This document shows positions 14,214-15,093 of a stretch of DNA of 15,093 nt, piece after piece. The notes beneath the pieces are model-generated. The model had not been told where the DNA came from. It worked only from the letters and a program-made list of their open reading frames with translations, and did not search any database. The first letter of the stretch is position 1, and each line of letters begins with the position of its first letter. The position numbers were made by a program, and so were the translations under genes. Source of the stretch: an uncultured bacterium (GTDB taxonomy: Bacteria; CAZSTA01); NCBI GenBank assembly GCA_964609495.1, contig CAZSTA010000078.1:1-15093 (forward strand), written 5' to 3'.

Positions 14214-14335
14214 ATGTTAGACGACTCAAGTACTACCTAAGTGCATATATCTACTATTTTAACTTCTGATATCTAAAAGCAGGGAATATTTCTCCCCTTA
14301 AAGTTAGGATATAGTGTTAAGGAGGGGCAGATGTA

Positions 14336-14467
14336 ATGGTTCCAGAGAAGCTTTATAAGATCGGAGAAGTTGTGAGGTACAGTAGTTTTTACAGGCGAGT
14401 CATTCATAATTATACCCAGATCGGGTTGATCAGATCATCTTTATCAGCCCAGCGGGATAAATTTTAG
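14336..14467 (+). CDS. Tiny (43 aa) MerR-superfamily/HTH_17-like DNA-binding ORF immediately downstream of the right repeat copy; possibly truncated.
   Basis: MVPEKLYKIGEVVRYSSFYRRVIHNYTQIGLIRSSLSAQRDKF. The IGE(V/L)..(pause)..R.I..Y..IG pattern resembles MerR/Xis-type HTH. AGGAGGGG SD lies at 14320-14327. Its arrangement after the repeat mirrors the 214-417 gene after the left repeat. Confidence 0.4.
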   Translation: MVPEKLYKIGEVVRYSSFYRRVIHNYTQIGLIRSSLSAQRDKF

Positions 14468-14472
14468 ATGAG

Positions 14473-14673
14473 ATGCTCGCTTTTTTTGATCTTTGTGCTG
14501 TGGACTACATAATCTTTCCTTTTCGCAGTAAGGGGGTGTTAGATCGAGTTAGAGCTGCTTTGCGATCCAGCCGACTGATGAGAGAATTACGAAGACGCAA
14601 TCAGGAACTTGTTATTTTGAAGGGAATATCTGATATAGCTAATCGATCTTCAAGTTTAGGTGAGCTATTATAG
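14473..14673 (+). pseudogene. Short ORF whose C-terminal half resembles the coiled-coil leader into a GAF domain (ELRRRNQELVILKGISDIANRSSSLGELL*). Probable truncated N-terminus of a GAF-containing sensor or sigma-54 activator.
   Basis: Pattern recognition only. The motif 'L..EIS.AL.SSLDL.ELL' is common at GAF-domain starts in NifA/FhlA-type regulators and histidine kinases. The frame stops after 66 aa and downstream frames are broken. Confidence 0.25.
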
Positions 14674-15015
14674 AGATCACATTGCGATTCTGCACTAAAC
14701 CCTAATAATGAATTAGTGTTGGAAATAAATATTTTCAAGTTCGCTTATAGTGAGTGCTTTCTACTTTCAGATCTTTGCATTTAGCTACGGAGAGAGCTTC
14801 TAAAAGGCAGTTATAATGTGATTCAATATTTGGAAATCTTGAAGTAAATGGGGGAGCATAAAGATTAAGGAATCGCAGTCCAATTATATCAGTCAGTTCA
14901 GTCATCCAAATTGTAAGAAGTTGAATCGCTATTTTTCTCTCTATAAGCTAATCATAGACCTATTGTTTCCAAGATTATGTGACATCTATAAATATAAGGA
15001 AAGGGGGGAAAGAAA

Positions 15016-15093
15016 ATGGCAAATGCCCAGATTCTAGCTGTTGAAGATGAGAAAATCGTAGCTGAGAACATACGAGACAGGTTGAAAAGTTTG
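15016..15093 (+). CDS. Response-regulator receiver domain at its 5' end, truncated by the window edge.
   Basis: MANAQILAVEDEKIVAENIRDRLKSL shows the typical 'ILVVEDE' receiver start. AAGGGGGG SD lies 7 nt upstream. Confidence 0.6.
   Translation, partial: MANAQILAVEDEKIVAENIRDRLKSL

Noticed and set aside
14735-14905. 56-aa minus-strand ORF (MTELTDIIGLRFLNLYAPPF...)
   Set aside because: It has no SD, no recognisable family, and sits in a region of broken gene fragments. It cannot be supported.
1-15093. Possibility that the 1-157 / 14081-14213 repeat is terminal redundancy of a circular contig (plasmid or phage)
   Set aside because: The right copy lies 880 bp before the window end, and sequence downstream of the two copies differs completely. 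It is therefore a genuine internal direct repeat, not an assembly overlap.
1-15093. CRISPR arrays, tRNA/rRNA genes
   Set aside because: No regularly spaced short direct repeats and no cloverleaf-like or rRNA-like conserved stretches were seen anywhere in the window.

Overview
The window is a single plus-strand, operon-like gas-vesicle (gvp) gene cluster of about 13 kb and roughly 40% GC. Several junctions show overlapping stop/start codons (1447-1451, 7178-7194, 9447-9454, 12615-12620), consistent with translational coupling.

Gene order is as follows:
- a small HTH_17-like gene carrying a frameshift, ending one codon before gvpA
- gvpA
- two coiled-coil repeat proteins; the second is GvpC-like with ~40-aa repeats and a C-terminal winged helix
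- a 133-aa coiled-coil ORF
- a 228-bp element bounded by inverted repeats
- gvpN
- an Hsp20/alpha-crystallin (GvpH-like) gene
- a CDC48-like double-AAA ATPase
- gvpF and gvpG
- a GvpJ-like protein with a C-terminal zinc ribbon
- a free-standing protein with two zinc ribbons
- two further alpha-crystallin-like paralogs
- gvpK
- a GvpL/F protein with an N-terminal domain resembling the ribosomal stalk P1/P2 (L12e) dimerisation domain
- a GvpA/J/M-like domain fused to tandem GRAM/PH-like modules plus a zinc ribbon
- gvpO
- a double zinc-ribbon protein

The cluster is bracketed by a ~135-155 bp direct repeat (1-157 and 14081-14213). Each copy has an identical 55-nt core carrying an extended -10 promoter-like motif (TGATATAAT), and each is followed by a small MerR-superfamily HTH ORF.

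The right flank is a field of gene fragments: the 3' end of an ISL3-family transposase on the minus strand with a GGCTCTT... terminal inverted repeat, the C-terminal Fis-type HTH of a sigma-54 activator, a strong intrinsic terminator, and a short GAF-leader-like fragment. A response-regulator gene begins at 15016 and runs off the window.

Whether the host is bacterial or archaeal cannot be settled from sequence alone. The SD-dependent starts, extended -10 motif, sigma-54 HTH_8 fragment and ISL3 remnant point to a bacterium; CDC48 and the P1-like domain are archaeal-flavoured.

The likely novelty is the accessory content of this gvp island: an AAA+/small-heat-shock chaperone set, a recurrent zinc-ribbon module, and GRAM-like and P1-like fusions to core Gvp proteins.
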